Positions 45,131-54,749 of a stretch of DNA of 64,000 nt are shown here, in pieces; the stretch's first letter is position 1, and each line of letters starts with the position of its first letter. This stretch comes from Candidatus Moraniibacteriota bacterium (GTDB lineage: Bacteria > Patescibacteriota > Minisyncoccia > Moranbacterales > UBA1568): assembly GCA_030648835.1 (NCBI GenBank), contig JAUSGT010000002.1, positions 12,108-76,107 on the forward strand. The letters run 5' to 3'. The notes below the pieces were generated by a model, which did not search any database, was not told the origin of the DNA, and saw only the letters and a program-made list of their open reading frames with translations. The translations under genes and the position numbers were made by a program.

Positions 45131-46573
45131 ATGAAGCTAAAAAATATGAAACAAACAAAAATTGTCGCGACGATCGGACCGGCGTCGGAATCCAAAGTCA
45201 TCTTGCGAAAAATGATCGAAGCGGGGATGAATGTTGTGCGCCTCAATTTTTCCCACGGTGAACACCCGTGGCACAAGAGCGTCATCAATCGGGTGCGGGA
45301 ACTTTCGGAAGAACTGCATACACCGATCGGTATTCTTGCCGATCTGCAGGGACCACGTATCCGCACGGAAGTAAAGGAAGACATTACAGTGAAGAAAGGC
45401 ACGCGTGTTTGTGTGAGCGATATCGCGCAAAGAGAGAATCTGCCCAAATCCAAAGACAAGACCATCCTCCTCGATATGGCGGGAATCATTTCCGGTGTGA
45501 AAGTGGGTCACGCCATTCTCATCGAAGACGGAACCGTAGAGCTAACCGTGGCAGAGGTGGGAGAAAACTTTGTCGTCGCTGTTTCCAAAAATGCCGGCAC
45601 TATCAAGAATCGCAAAGGTGTCATTCTTCCTGACTCGCATCTTGTCTTGAACATTCTTTCCGAAAAAGACAGAAAAGATTTGCACTTTATCGTGGATGAA
45701 GGAGTGGATTTTGTGGGGGTTTCTTTTGTGGGATCGGCACAAGATATTGCTTCCGTGCGTGAAGCGATGAAAGAAATGTCGTCAGGAAGAACGTCTTTGC
45801 CAAAAATCGTCTCAAAAATAGAACGGAAAGAAGCCATCAAAAATCTTGTCGCGATTGTCAAAGCCAGTGACGTGGTGATGGCGGCGCGCGGTGATCTCGG
45901 GGTCGAGATGCCGGAGAGCGAAGTGACGATTTTGCAGAAACATATCATCGCGGAGAGCCTGCGCTCGGCCAAACCGGTGATTGTGGCGACGCAGATGCTC
46001 CAAAGTATGACGGAAAACCCGCGGCCGACCCGGGCTGAAGTTTCGGATGTGTCCAACGCCGTGATTGACCACGCCGACGCGGTGATGCTTTCGGAAGAAT
46101 CGGCAGCCGGCAAGTACCCGGTGGAAACAGTGGCAATGATGGCGGAAATTGTGGAGAAAACGGAAGAGTCGCCATTTGACGATTTATTTCAAGAGCTTGA
46201 TCTCAATTTCAGGAGTGAAACTGCGGCGATGCTCAGGAGCGTGTATCATTTGGCACAAAGTTATGAAGCCAAAGCCATACTTCTTTTTTCAGCCAGTGGT
46301 CATACGGCGCGACTTCTTTCACATTTTCGTCCGGAAAGAAAATTATTGGTAGCCACCAATAACCGGAAGACATACAATGAGCTCTCGGTCGTGTGGGGGA
46401 TTGACCCATACCTTTTTGAGGGCAACGATTCTCTCGATGCGTCTATTGAACACTTGATCAAAGAAGCAAAAAAAGACGGGAAACTCCGGGCTGGCGATCA
46501 AGCAGTGGTCTTCGAGGGGCAAACTCCGGGCCAAGATATGATGAAGCTTGTGGGAATCAGGAAAATCCGATAA
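45131..46573 (+). CDS. pyk: Pyruvate kinase
   Basis: KTKIVATIGPAS...NVVRLNFSHGEHPWH...ADLQGPRIR are canonical PK motifs. The start is at MKLKNMKQTK; an alternative ATG lies at 45146. Confidence 0.9.
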   Translation: MKLKNMKQTKIVATIGPASESKVILRKMIEAGMNVVRLNFSHGEHPWHKSVINRVRELSEELHTPIGILADLQGPRIRTEVKEDITVKKGTRVCVSDIAQRENLPKSKDKTILLDMAGIISGVKVGHAILIEDGTVELTVAEVGENFVVAVSKNAGTIKNRKGVILPDSHLVLNILSEKDRKDLHFIVDEGVDFVGVSFVGSAQDIASVREAMKEMSSGRTSLPKIVSKIERKEAIKNLVAIVKASDVVMAARGDLGVEMPESEVTILQKHIIAESLRSAKPVIVATQMLQSMTENPRPTRAEVSDVSNAVIDHADAVMLSEESAAGKYPVETVAMMAEIVEKTEESPFDDLFQELDLNFRSETAAMLRSVYHLAQSYEAKAILLFSASGHTARLLSHFRPERKLLVATNNRKTYNELSVVWGIDPYLFEGNDSLDASIEHLIKEAKKDGKLRAGDQAVVFEGQTPGQDMMKLVGIRKIR

Positions 46574-46682
46574 GGAATCCGTAAAGTCTATCAAGTTTGT
46601 AAAGTTTAAAGTCTACCGAAGGTGAGACTGGATTTCTTTCGGTTTTTGTTGTAGGTTGTCTGTTGGGGTTATTAATAAGAAT

Positions 46683-46767
46683 TGGAAAGGTGGCCGAGTG
46701 GTTGAAGGTACTCGCTTGGAAAGCGAGCATACCGAAAGGTATCGAGGGTTCGAATCCCTCCCTTTCC
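46683..46767 (+). tRNA. tRNA-Ser (anticodon GGA)
   Basis: GGAAAGG acceptor. D-arm GCCGAGTGGTTGAAGG. Anticodon loop TTGGAAA. Long variable arm CATACCGAAAGGTATC. T-arm GAGGGTTCGAATCCCTC. CCA is not encoded. Confidence 0.85.
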
Positions 46768-46950
46768 GCAGTGAATCCCTGCCTACCGGCAGGCAGGTCT
46801 CCGTCTCCGCTTTGTGCGGGAGGAAGCGATCAATTTGGGTAAAAAACAGAGGGGAGCGGACGCTTGCCTCTTTTTTTGTTCTTGATTGTGGCTAACCTAT
46901 TCCGAGTGCTATACTGTCCCTATGTTTGTTATTTTTTTAACGAAAAAAAT

Positions 46951-47394
46951 ATGAGAATCGTGAATCATGTCATAAAACTGACAACCTCGACCACACTGGA
47001 TTTTATTGATATCACCGAGAAAATCCAGAAGAAAATAAAAGCTTCCAAGATAAAAAACGGTATCATCAACATCCAGAGCCTGCATACCACCATGGCGGTC
47101 ATCGTGAACGAGGCCGAGCCACTGCTCATTATGGATATGAAGAAGCTTTTGGAAAAACTGGCGCCGCGCACGTACAAGTATATGCATGACAATTTCAAGA
47201 TTCGCACGGTCAATATGGGGCCCGACGAGAAGGCCAACGGCCACGCTCATAACAAAGCCCTCCACCTGCCGACCTCCACGATGCTCAATGTAATGAAAAG
47301 TACCCTGCAGCTGGGTACCTGGCAGAGAGTCTTCGCCATAGAATTGGATTGTCCGCGGCCGAGAAAGATCGCTCTGCAGATTATCGGGGAGTAA
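46951..47394 (+). CDS. YjbQ/UPF0047 family protein
   Basis: GIINIQSLHTTMAVIVNE...LQLGTWQRVFAIELD matches the UPF0047 conserved core. The start is moved to MRIVNH. Confidence 0.7.
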   Translation: MRIVNHVIKLTTSTTLDFIDITEKIQKKIKASKIKNGIINIQSLHTTMAVIVNEAEPLLIMDMKKLLEKLAPRTYKYMHDNFKIRTVNMGPDEKANGHAHNKALHLPTSTMLNVMKSTLQLGTWQRVFAIELDCPRPRKIALQIIGE

Positions 47395-47441
47395 ATCGAC
47401 TTTACTTTTTTTAAGGTCTATACTGGTGATGTTATCCGCCC

Positions 47442-48074
47442 ATGCTTGCCATAACCGATCCGATTTTTCTTCTCAAATTTGCCATCGTCGGAATACTTTT
47501 CGGAAGTATCTTTTTTTATGCGTTGTGGTCTTTGATCGCACGGCGCTGGCTCTCGGTCAATTTGTATGATCTCTTCGTATACATGACAGTGGGGTTCATG
47601 GTAGCCGTGTATACGGAACCGATTCATGATTACGTGTATCGTTATTTCTTTGGAGAGTTTCTCTGGACATATCAGGTCTGGCCTATTTTTTCCGGCGCCA
47701 GTTCCGGCTTAGCTTTTATTATGTGGCCATTTTACGGGTATCATCTGTATTTTTTCACTCAAACGCTTCACGGGTATGGGGTCCATCTCCCGACCTGGCT
47801 GAAGGGGAGTATTCCAGCGCTCGATGGCGTGCCTTTCGATATAGCAGTGAACGGCGCCACGCTTTTCTTCTTCAATATTATTTTTTTCTACTATCCGCGT
47901 CCGGAATTGTGGCATCTCTCTTCCTGGTGGGTGATGCCGTTCTACTTCGTGAGCGGGATGATATACGCTTATGTGCTCCGCCATCTGCTGGCAAGGAAAA
48001 AACAGTGGCATATCCCGCTTGTATGTTACGGACTGGGTTTACTCGGGATACTCATCGGGGACTTCTTTTTTTAG
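47442..48074 (+). CDS. Integral membrane protein, hypothetical (aromatic-rich, about 6 TM)
   Basis: 210 aa, hydrophobic, W/Y/F-rich. Confidence 0.45.
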   Translation: MLAITDPIFLLKFAIVGILFGSIFFYALWSLIARRWLSVNLYDLFVYMTVGFMVAVYTEPIHDYVYRYFFGEFLWTYQVWPIFSGASSGLAFIMWPFYGYHLYFFTQTLHGYGVHLPTWLKGSIPALDGVPFDIAVNGATLFFFNIIFFYYPRPELWHLSSWWVMPFYFVSGMIYAYVLRHLLARKKQWHIPLVCYGLGLLGILIGDFFF

Positions 48075-48165
48075 CTCTTGATTGAAGCTGAGCGGAGGAG
48101 TAGAGTGGGATGACAAACTGAGCGTACAGATTCTAAAAGATTAGGAGTAAAAATATTTTGAGTCA

Positions 48166-48750
48166 ATGAGTATGAAAAGAATATTTATTGTTCATGGGTG
48201 GGCCGGGTATCCTGAGGAAGGGTGGTTTCCGTGGCTGAAAAAAGAGCTGGAAACTAGGGGCTTCATAGTGGTAGTGCCGCAGCTACCCGATCCAGAGAAC
48301 CCAAGAATAGAGGGGTGGGTTGCCCAGCTTGCTGAAACGGTCGGCGTGCCGGATAAAGATTGCTTCTTTGTTGGTCACAGCATAGGCTGCCCAACCATTG
48401 CTCATTACTTAGAATCTCTCCCGGATGGAGTCACCGTAGGTGGAGCGGTATTTGTAGCCGGTTTTTTCAGAAAATTAACCAACCTTGAAGGCGATGCCGC
48501 TACACAGGAAACGGCCAAGCTATGGTTGGAGGCGCCGCTTGATTTGGAAAAAGTGAAGTCGCACCTTGCAAAAAGTGTGGCAATTTTTTCCGATAATGAT
48601 CCCTATGTCCCGCTTGATAATCAGGATGACTTTTGTGATAAACTCGGGTCGGAGATTATTGTCGAACACAAGCAGGGGCATTTCAGCGGAAGTACCGGGA
48701 CGACCGCATTGCCGATCGCGCTGGAATCAGTTTTGAAAATTGTCGCTTAA
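48166..48750 (+). CDS. Alpha/beta hydrolase, YdeN/RBBP9-like serine hydrolase
   Basis: IFIVHGWAGYPEEGWFPWL...FVGHSIGC nucleophile elbow GHSxG. 194 aa. Confidence 0.6.
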   Translation: MSMKRIFIVHGWAGYPEEGWFPWLKKELETRGFIVVVPQLPDPENPRIEGWVAQLAETVGVPDKDCFFVGHSIGCPTIAHYLESLPDGVTVGGAVFVAGFFRKLTNLEGDAATQETAKLWLEAPLDLEKVKSHLAKSVAIFSDNDPYVPLDNQDDFCDKLGSEIIVEHKQGHFSGSTGTTALPIALESVLKIVA

Positions 48751-48765
48751 AGACCGAAGAGAAAT

Positions 48766-49773
48766 ATGAACGGAACACATACTTGGAAATTTTTTACTAC
48801 ATCCGAAATGGCATGGGAGGGGATGCTCGAGTCGTGCCGCAAAGCGCAAGAGACTATCGATCTGGAACAATACATTTTTAGCGGAAGTGACATTATCGGC
48901 CGAGCATTTGTGGATCTGCTTTTGGCCAAGGCCAAAGAGGGGGTTGTCGTTCGTTTGCTCCTTGATGCCGCAGGAAGCTTCGGTTTCTATCGCGGAGGGC
49001 TCTGCCGAGAACTCAAAGCGGGAGGGATCAGAGTTGCGTTTCATCAGGGTATCGTAGCGCCAGCCGTAAAAAAGCTGTTCCCTCTTGCATTGCGGGACCA
49101 CCGGAAACTTCTTGTCGTAGATAAAACGGAAGCGCATATCGGTGGCGTGATCATCGCTGAGCGGGCCCGTTTGTGGCGCGATACGGCTGTTTCCTTGCGC
49201 GGGGAAGTAGTGGGTGAATTAGCCAGATCCTTCGAGACCGTCTGGCAGCGCTCTCGCAAAATGGGGCCTGTCGGGCGCGTTCTTTCCAAGAATGAGGATT
49301 CGGAATTTTCTATCGCCGGCAATTCTTTTCATCTTTATGATAAGCATCTCTATCGCTCTTTCCTCCGGCATATTACGGCGGCCAAAAAATATATTTATAT
49401 CACGAGCGCCTATTTTTCTCCCAACGGAGAGTTTCGTCGCGCTCTCGTCTACGCGCATAAAAAAGGTGTGGATGTACGTATTCTCCTTCCGAAAAAGTCA
49501 GATATTCTGTTAGCCGATCTTTTAGCTACGCTGTATTTCAAAAGACTGCTTCGTCAGGGGATTCGTATTTTTTTGTATACCCCAAAAGTCCTGCATGCCA
49601 AATCCATCGTCATAGACGACGCCTGGGCTTCCGTGGGCAGCTGCAATTTCGATTGGCTCTCTTTCTGGATAAACTATGAGTTGAATGTGATGAGTACGAA
49701 TACCAGCTTCGCATCGGAGCTGCGCGATCTTTTTTTGCTCGACCTTAAAGAGAGTGAAGAAATGTTTTTGTAA
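48766..49773 (+). CDS. Phospholipase D-family protein (two HKD motifs; cardiolipin synthase-like)
   Basis: HKD motifs DHRKLLVVD and LHAKSIVIDDAWASVGSCNFD. Confidence 0.75.
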   Translation: MNGTHTWKFFTTSEMAWEGMLESCRKAQETIDLEQYIFSGSDIIGRAFVDLLLAKAKEGVVVRLLLDAAGSFGFYRGGLCRELKAGGIRVAFHQGIVAPAVKKLFPLALRDHRKLLVVDKTEAHIGGVIIAERARLWRDTAVSLRGEVVGELARSFETVWQRSRKMGPVGRVLSKNEDSEFSIAGNSFHLYDKHLYRSFLRHITAAKKYIYITSAYFSPNGEFRRALVYAHKKGVDVRILLPKKSDILLADLLATLYFKRLLRQGIRIFLYTPKVLHAKSIVIDDAWASVGSCNFDWLSFWINYELNVMSTNTSFASELRDLFLLDLKESEEMFL

Positions 49774-49787
49774 AGTACCATAATAAT

Positions 49788-50537
49788 ATGCAAACTGTTT
49801 TACATCGAGCCAATGAGCGAGGATATGCGAAGCATGGCTGGCTCACTACCCATCACTCTTTTAGTTTTGCTAATTATTACAATCCCGAGATGATGGGTTT
49901 TGGCGCGCTCAGGGTGTTGAATGACGACACGATCGCGGCGGGGCAAGGGTTCGGCCGGCATTCTCACCAGGATATGGAGATTATTACCATCCCTCTTTCA
50001 GGGGCGCTGGCTCACGAGGACAGTCTGGGGAATAAAGCGGTGATTCAGACGGGGGAGGTGCAGGTAATGAGCGCTGGCCTTGGCGTGGAGCATGCGGAAT
50101 TCAATGCTTCACGGACGGAAGACGTGAGTTTACTCCAGATCTGGATTCTGACGCGGCACGTGGGGGTTGCTCCGCGTTATGCTCAGAAATTTTTTGATCA
50201 AACTGTTTTTAAAAATAAACTTTCTCTTGTCGTTGGTCCGGAAGAAAGTGAAAAAGATGGGGCGCTTTTCATCCATCAAGACGCTTTTCTTTCTTTGGGA
50301 TGTTTTGATACTGACGCAACTATAGAATATGGCCTCCAAAGTTGGGGGAATGGCGTCTATTTTTTTGTTATTGATGGTGAAGTGGCAGTGGCGGATACAG
50401 TCTTGGGGAAAAGAGATGCTCTGGGAGTGTGGGACACCGAAAAAGTCTTATTACAAGCCAAAAGTAGCGCTTTTATTCTCGCCATTGAGGTTCCCATGAT
50501 GGAGCTTTTTGAGAAAGGCGGTATACTAAATTTGTAA
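49788..50537 (+). CDS. Pirin family protein
   Basis: Cupin metal-binding His residues in FSFANYYNPEMMGFGALRVLNDD...GFGRHSHQDMEIITIPLSG. Confidence 0.85.
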   Translation: MQTVLHRANERGYAKHGWLTTHHSFSFANYYNPEMMGFGALRVLNDDTIAAGQGFGRHSHQDMEIITIPLSGALAHEDSLGNKAVIQTGEVQVMSAGLGVEHAEFNASRTEDVSLLQIWILTRHVGVAPRYAQKFFDQTVFKNKLSLVVGPEESEKDGALFIHQDAFLSLGCFDTDATIEYGLQSWGNGVYFFVIDGEVAVADTVLGKRDALGVWDTEKVLLQAKSSAFILAIEVPMMELFEKGGILNL

Positions 50538-50541
50538 GTAT

Positions 50542-50919
50542 GTGAATGTAATGCCTATGGCTTTTGAATCACTTCCCGCTCAAAACGGATCGGCATCGTG
50601 GGGGTACCTCTCGGGTTTTATGAATTTTATTCGGACGCAGGGAGTAGTGGGATTGGCCGTCGGTTTTCTTTTGGGAGGCGCCGTATCAAAAGTAGTCACC
50701 GCTCTCATCACCGATATTGTGAATCCGCTCGTCGGACTTCTCTTCGTCCACGCCGAGAGTCTCAAGGATGCGACGTTTCAAATCGGAAACTCAAAGATTA
50801 TGTGGGGGGATTTTGTGAGCGCGCTTCTCGACTTCGTCATCGTTGCGGCGATAGTATATTTCGGAATCAAAGGGATTGGTCTCGAGAATCTCGATAAGAA
50901 AAAGGGAGAAGAAAAGTAA
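50542..50919 (+). CDS. mscL: Large-conductance mechanosensitive channel
   Basis: FIRTQGVVGLAVGFLLGGAVSKVVTALITDIVNPLVG matches MscL TM1. 125 aa. Confidence 0.8.
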   Translation: MNVMPMAFESLPAQNGSASWGYLSGFMNFIRTQGVVGLAVGFLLGGAVSKVVTALITDIVNPLVGLLFVHAESLKDATFQIGNSKIMWGDFVSALLDFVIVAAIVYFGIKGIGLENLDKKKGEEK

Positions 50920-50942
50920 ATATTTAAATCAAGATTACAGTT

Positions 50943-52082
50943 ATGGCAAAAGATTACGCCAAGATTGCGCTGGCTACTCACAAAAAATTGCGGGGGAAAA
51001 TTACGATACAACCGAAAGCCACGGTGGCGACCAAGGATGATTTGAGCACCTTCTACACGCCGGGGGTGGGAGCGGTATCGTCATATGTTGCGAAACACAA
51101 GGAGCAGATGCGCGAATACACGATGAAGGGGAATGTGGTGGCGGTCGTGTCGGATGGATCGGCCGTTTTGGGACTCGGCAATATCGGTCCGGAAGGGGCG
51201 TTGCCGGTGATGGAAGGAAAATGTATGCTGTTCAAAGCGTTAGCGGGCGTGGATGCCTTTCCTCTCGTTCTCGATACTCAGGATACGGAACAGATTATCG
51301 CGACGGTCAAAAATATCGCGCCGGTGTTCGGCGGTATCAACTTGGAAGATATAGCGGCGCCACGCTGTTTCGAAATCGAAAGAAGGTTGCAAGAAGAACT
51401 GGATATCCCCGTGATACATGATGATCAGCATGGAACAGCTATGGTGGTGCTTTCCGGAATTATCAACGCTTTCCGAGTGGTGAAGAAGAATTTGAAAAAG
51501 GCCACGATTGTTGTCGCCGGTGCGGGAGCGGCCGGTCAGGCTATCGCGGATATGCTGCTCCTTTTTGGTGTGGGGGACATCGTTTTGGTCGACAGCAAAG
51601 GAATTATCAGCAGGCAGCGCACTGACTTGGATGAATATAAAAAGAAACTTTTGCAGCGGACGAATAAACAGGGATTGCACGGGGATTTACAGGTGGCGCT
51701 TGCCGGTGCTGATGCGTTTATCGGCGTATCCAAGGGCAATACCGTGACAACCGCTCATATAAAAAGTATGGCGCCGCGCGCCATCGTGTTTGCCCTCGCC
51801 AATCCTTTGCCGGAAATTATGCCGGATATCGCCAGAAAAGCCGGGGCGATGGTAGTGGCCACCGGGCGATCGGACTTTGCCAATCAAGTCAATAATTCGC
51901 TCGGTTTCCCCGGTATTTTCCGTGGGGCGCTCGACCACCATGTGCGAAAAATTACTGACGTGATGCTTCTCAGGGGGGCGAAAAATTTAGCGGCGTTGGT
52001 GAAGGAACCGACGGCGCAGTCGATTATGCCGGATACTTTTGATAAGAGAGTCGTCAAGGCGGTAGCCCGCGCCATCAAATAG
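50943..52082 (+). CDS. NAD(P)-dependent malic enzyme (short form)
   Basis: YTPGVGAVS...VVSDGSAVLGLGNIGPEGALPVMEGKCMLFK...VAGAGAAGQAIAD are malic-enzyme N-domain and NAD-domain motifs. Confidence 0.85.
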   Translation: MAKDYAKIALATHKKLRGKITIQPKATVATKDDLSTFYTPGVGAVSSYVAKHKEQMREYTMKGNVVAVVSDGSAVLGLGNIGPEGALPVMEGKCMLFKALAGVDAFPLVLDTQDTEQIIATVKNIAPVFGGINLEDIAAPRCFEIERRLQEELDIPVIHDDQHGTAMVVLSGIINAFRVVKKNLKKATIVVAGAGAAGQAIADMLLLFGVGDIVLVDSKGIISRQRTDLDEYKKKLLQRTNKQGLHGDLQVALAGADAFIGVSKGNTVTTAHIKSMAPRAIVFALANPLPEIMPDIARKAGAMVVATGRSDFANQVNNSLGFPGIFRGALDHHVRKITDVMLLRGAKNLAALVKEPTAQSIMPDTFDKRVVKAVARAIK

Positions 52083-52120
52083 GGGATGGTATAATAAGAT
52101 TATATAAAACAAAAATTATT

Positions 52121-52750
52121 ATGCAGGAAACACAGGCGGAAGATGGAGGGGAACAAAAATTACCACTCTCAGGAAAGGAGAAGAACTCTCAAACGTCTGA
52201 TGTCCCACGTAGTTCTTCACGTGAGCCATTGTGGGGAGCGATTCTGTTCGCCGGTATGTTGCTTTTTGTTATTGTGAGCGTCTTTGGTGTCGGGTGGATA
52301 GCCTATACGAAGTGGCAGAGTGAGCGTATAGCCAAGAGTCATCCTTCCATAACGGTGTTATCGGAACAATCGAAGCAGGAAAAGAATGTCGCTCCTGTGG
52401 AGCCGGCGAAGACAACGGACAGCGAAAAAGCGGGGGAGCCGGCGATAAATGACAGCATGGCGGCGGTCAAGAAATTAGAAATTACTGTTTTGAATGGTGG
52501 CGGTGCCAAAGGAAGTGCCGGGGTATTGGCTGATTTTTTGAAAAAAGAGGGATACAGCAAGACAGATTCAGGGAACACCGTTAAAGATTATGAGGGGGTT
52601 GTCATTTACTATGCCGCTCAATTGGAAAAAGAAGCTTTGGGAGTGAAAGGAAGTGTCGTCAAAAAATATCCGCAGGCGAAAATTCTTCCGGCAGATGCGA
52701 AAAACAAAGAAACAGCGGTTTCTCAAGTAACCATCATTCTCGGAAAGTGA
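52121..52750 (+). CDS. LytR_C (cell-envelope-related attenuator C-terminal) domain protein, membrane-anchored
   Basis: One TM. The C-terminal region ITVLNGGGAKGSAGVLADFLKKEGY is the LytR_C pattern. Confidence 0.6.
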   Translation: MQETQAEDGGEQKLPLSGKEKNSQTSDVPRSSSREPLWGAILFAGMLLFVIVSVFGVGWIAYTKWQSERIAKSHPSITVLSEQSKQEKNVAPVEPAKTTDSEKAGEPAINDSMAAVKKLEITVLNGGGAKGSAGVLADFLKKEGYSKTDSGNTVKDYEGVVIYYAAQLEKEALGVKGSVVKKYPQAKILPADAKNKETAVSQVTIILGK

Positions 52751-52779
52751 GACGGCGATTTTTCAGTTTCAGAGATTTC

Positions 52780-52806
52780 TCCCGCTTTCTGCGGGATTTG
52801 CTTTTT
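52780..52806 (+). terminator. Rho-independent terminator
   Basis: TCCCGC-tttct-GCGGGA-TTTGCTTTTT. Confidence 0.65.
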
Positions 52807-52862
52807 AGCGCCATTTAGCGCTACCATTCATCCTGTGAAATAGTTATAAAGCTTCGGTCAAT

Positions 52863-54695
52863 ATGTCAGACGGAACTACCGATGAAATCAAGGCGCGGCT
52901 GAATATCGTGGAGTTTATCGGTTCGTATGTTCGGTTGGAAAAGTCGGGTGCGCACTATAAAGCGTGTTGTCCGTTCCACCAGGAGCGCACGCCGTCTTTT
53001 ATGGTGAATGAGGAGAAGGCGATGTGGCACTGTTTTGGCTGTGGCAAGGGTGGGGATGTGTTCGCTTTTGTAATGGAAATGGAAGGTTTGGAATTCCGTG
53101 AAGCGCTCAAGATGCTGGCAGACAGGGCCGGGGTAGAGTTGCCGCAGTACAGAGGCGAAGAAAAAAACAAGGAAACCAAGGATCGCATCTTTGATCTTTT
53201 GGAACTGGCAACGAAATTTTATGAAAAACAATTGGCCGGCGGAGTCGGCGAAGAAAAAATTGTGAGCTATCTCGTCGGTCGAGGCCTCTCTTTGGAAAGT
53301 ATCCAAAAATTTCGTCTGGGATACGCGCCGGATGGGTGGCGACATCTTTTGGATTTCCTCGTGGGGAGGGGGTTTAAGCCGGAGGAAATCGAAACCGCCG
53401 GCCTTATTATCCGCAAATCGAAAGAAGGAGATCCTGATTCAAGATTCAAGATTCAAGATTCTAGTTTCTATGATCGTTTTCGTGATCGTATTATGTTTCC
53501 CATTTTTGATATTCTTGGGCGGGTGATCGGGTATTCGGCACGGGTGGCGCCGGGTGGGGATGAATCGCAAGCGAAATATATCAATACGCCAGAAACGCCG
53601 CTCTATCACAAGAGTCGAGCACTCTATGGATTGTTTCATGGCAAGCAAGCGATGAAGCAGGCGGGGGTGACGGTCATCGTTGAAGGGAATACGGATGTCA
53701 TCGCAATGCATCAGGCGGGGATCGAAAATACCGTGGCGGTGTCTGGCACGGCGCTTACGGAAGAGCAGCTCATGCTTATCAAACGTTATGGAAGCGAGGT
53801 ACGTTTGTTTTTCGATATGGATGGCGCCGGGCAGAAAGCGGCTCGCAAGAGCGCGGAACTGGCTTTGGAAAAGGAGCTTTTGGTTTCGGTGATCGCGCTC
53901 CCGTTTGGTAAAGACGCGGCCGAGATGGGCAAGGAAGACCCGGAAAAACTGCGCGAAGCGGTAGCCCGTTTTGTTCCGGCTCTCAAGTATTTTTTGGAAG
54001 CCAGTCTGGCAAAATACGACTCGCGTAGCTCAGAGGGCAAGCGTAAAATAGTGGACGAATATACCGAGCTTCTTCTGTTTGTGAAGAATCCGATTGAGAG
54101 GGCGCACTGGATCAAAGAGTTGGCCCGGGAAATAAAAATGGAAGAAAAACTCGTTATGAGTGTAGTACAGACAGCGATCCAGGGGAGAGAACGGCGCGAG
54201 CGCTATGATGCACCGGCCGGAGAGAAGGCTCGGAGCAACTCTTTCGGCAAACGCTCTGAACTTTTACGCGAAGAATTGACGGGGATGATGTATGCCGACC
54301 GGGTAGTCAGGGAGACTCTTCTCAAGCTTCTTGCCGATGACGATACCAAAGCATTTTTGGAAAAACACCCGCTTCATTTTTTTCTGGTACAGGCGGGGGA
54401 GCGAGAGCCACTGACGCTTATCGAAGATCCTCTTTTGAAAAGTGAAGCGATGAGGCTCTCTTTTCGGATTTTGGAACTGCCGGATTTCATCGGTGTGACA
54501 GATGAAGAGCGGACCGGGAAGATGCTCGAGGTAGCCAAGAAATATCTGGAAGATCTCAAAGGAGAAATCATGAGACGTGAGAAACTTATTGCTTTGGAAC
54601 AAGCGCTAGGAGAGGCGCGGGAGAAAAAAGACAAAGAGTTGGAGAAAAAACTTCTCAAGGAGTTCGCGGAAATTTCTTTGGACAAGTCTCAGTAA
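52863..54695 (+). CDS. dnaG: DNA primase
   Basis: Zinc ribbon CPFHQERTPSFMVNEEKAMWHCFGCGKGGD and a TOPRIM domain. 610 aa. Precedes rpoD. Confidence 0.9.
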   Translation: MSDGTTDEIKARLNIVEFIGSYVRLEKSGAHYKACCPFHQERTPSFMVNEEKAMWHCFGCGKGGDVFAFVMEMEGLEFREALKMLADRAGVELPQYRGEEKNKETKDRIFDLLELATKFYEKQLAGGVGEEKIVSYLVGRGLSLESIQKFRLGYAPDGWRHLLDFLVGRGFKPEEIETAGLIIRKSKEGDPDSRFKIQDSSFYDRFRDRIMFPIFDILGRVIGYSARVAPGGDESQAKYINTPETPLYHKSRALYGLFHGKQAMKQAGVTVIVEGNTDVIAMHQAGIENTVAVSGTALTEEQLMLIKRYGSEVRLFFDMDGAGQKAARKSAELALEKELLVSVIALPFGKDAAEMGKEDPEKLREAVARFVPALKYFLEASLAKYDSRSSEGKRKIVDEYTELLLFVKNPIERAHWIKELAREIKMEEKLVMSVVQTAIQGRERRERYDAPAGEKARSNSFGKRSELLREELTGMMYADRVVRETLLKLLADDDTKAFLEKHPLHFFLVQAGEREPLTLIEDPLLKSEAMRLSFRILELPDFIGVTDEERTGKMLEVAKKYLEDLKGEIMRREKLIALEQALGEAREKKDKELEKKLLKEFAEISLDKSQ

Positions 54696-54749
54696 AGTTG
54701 CTAGGATACGGTATTCGAATTTTTATCTCTTTTATTACTCTGTCACATT

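Noticed and set aside
46656-46895. 79-aa ORF overlapping tRNA-Ser
   Set aside because: The sequence folds into a canonical class II tRNA (Ser-GGA). The ORF is an artefact.
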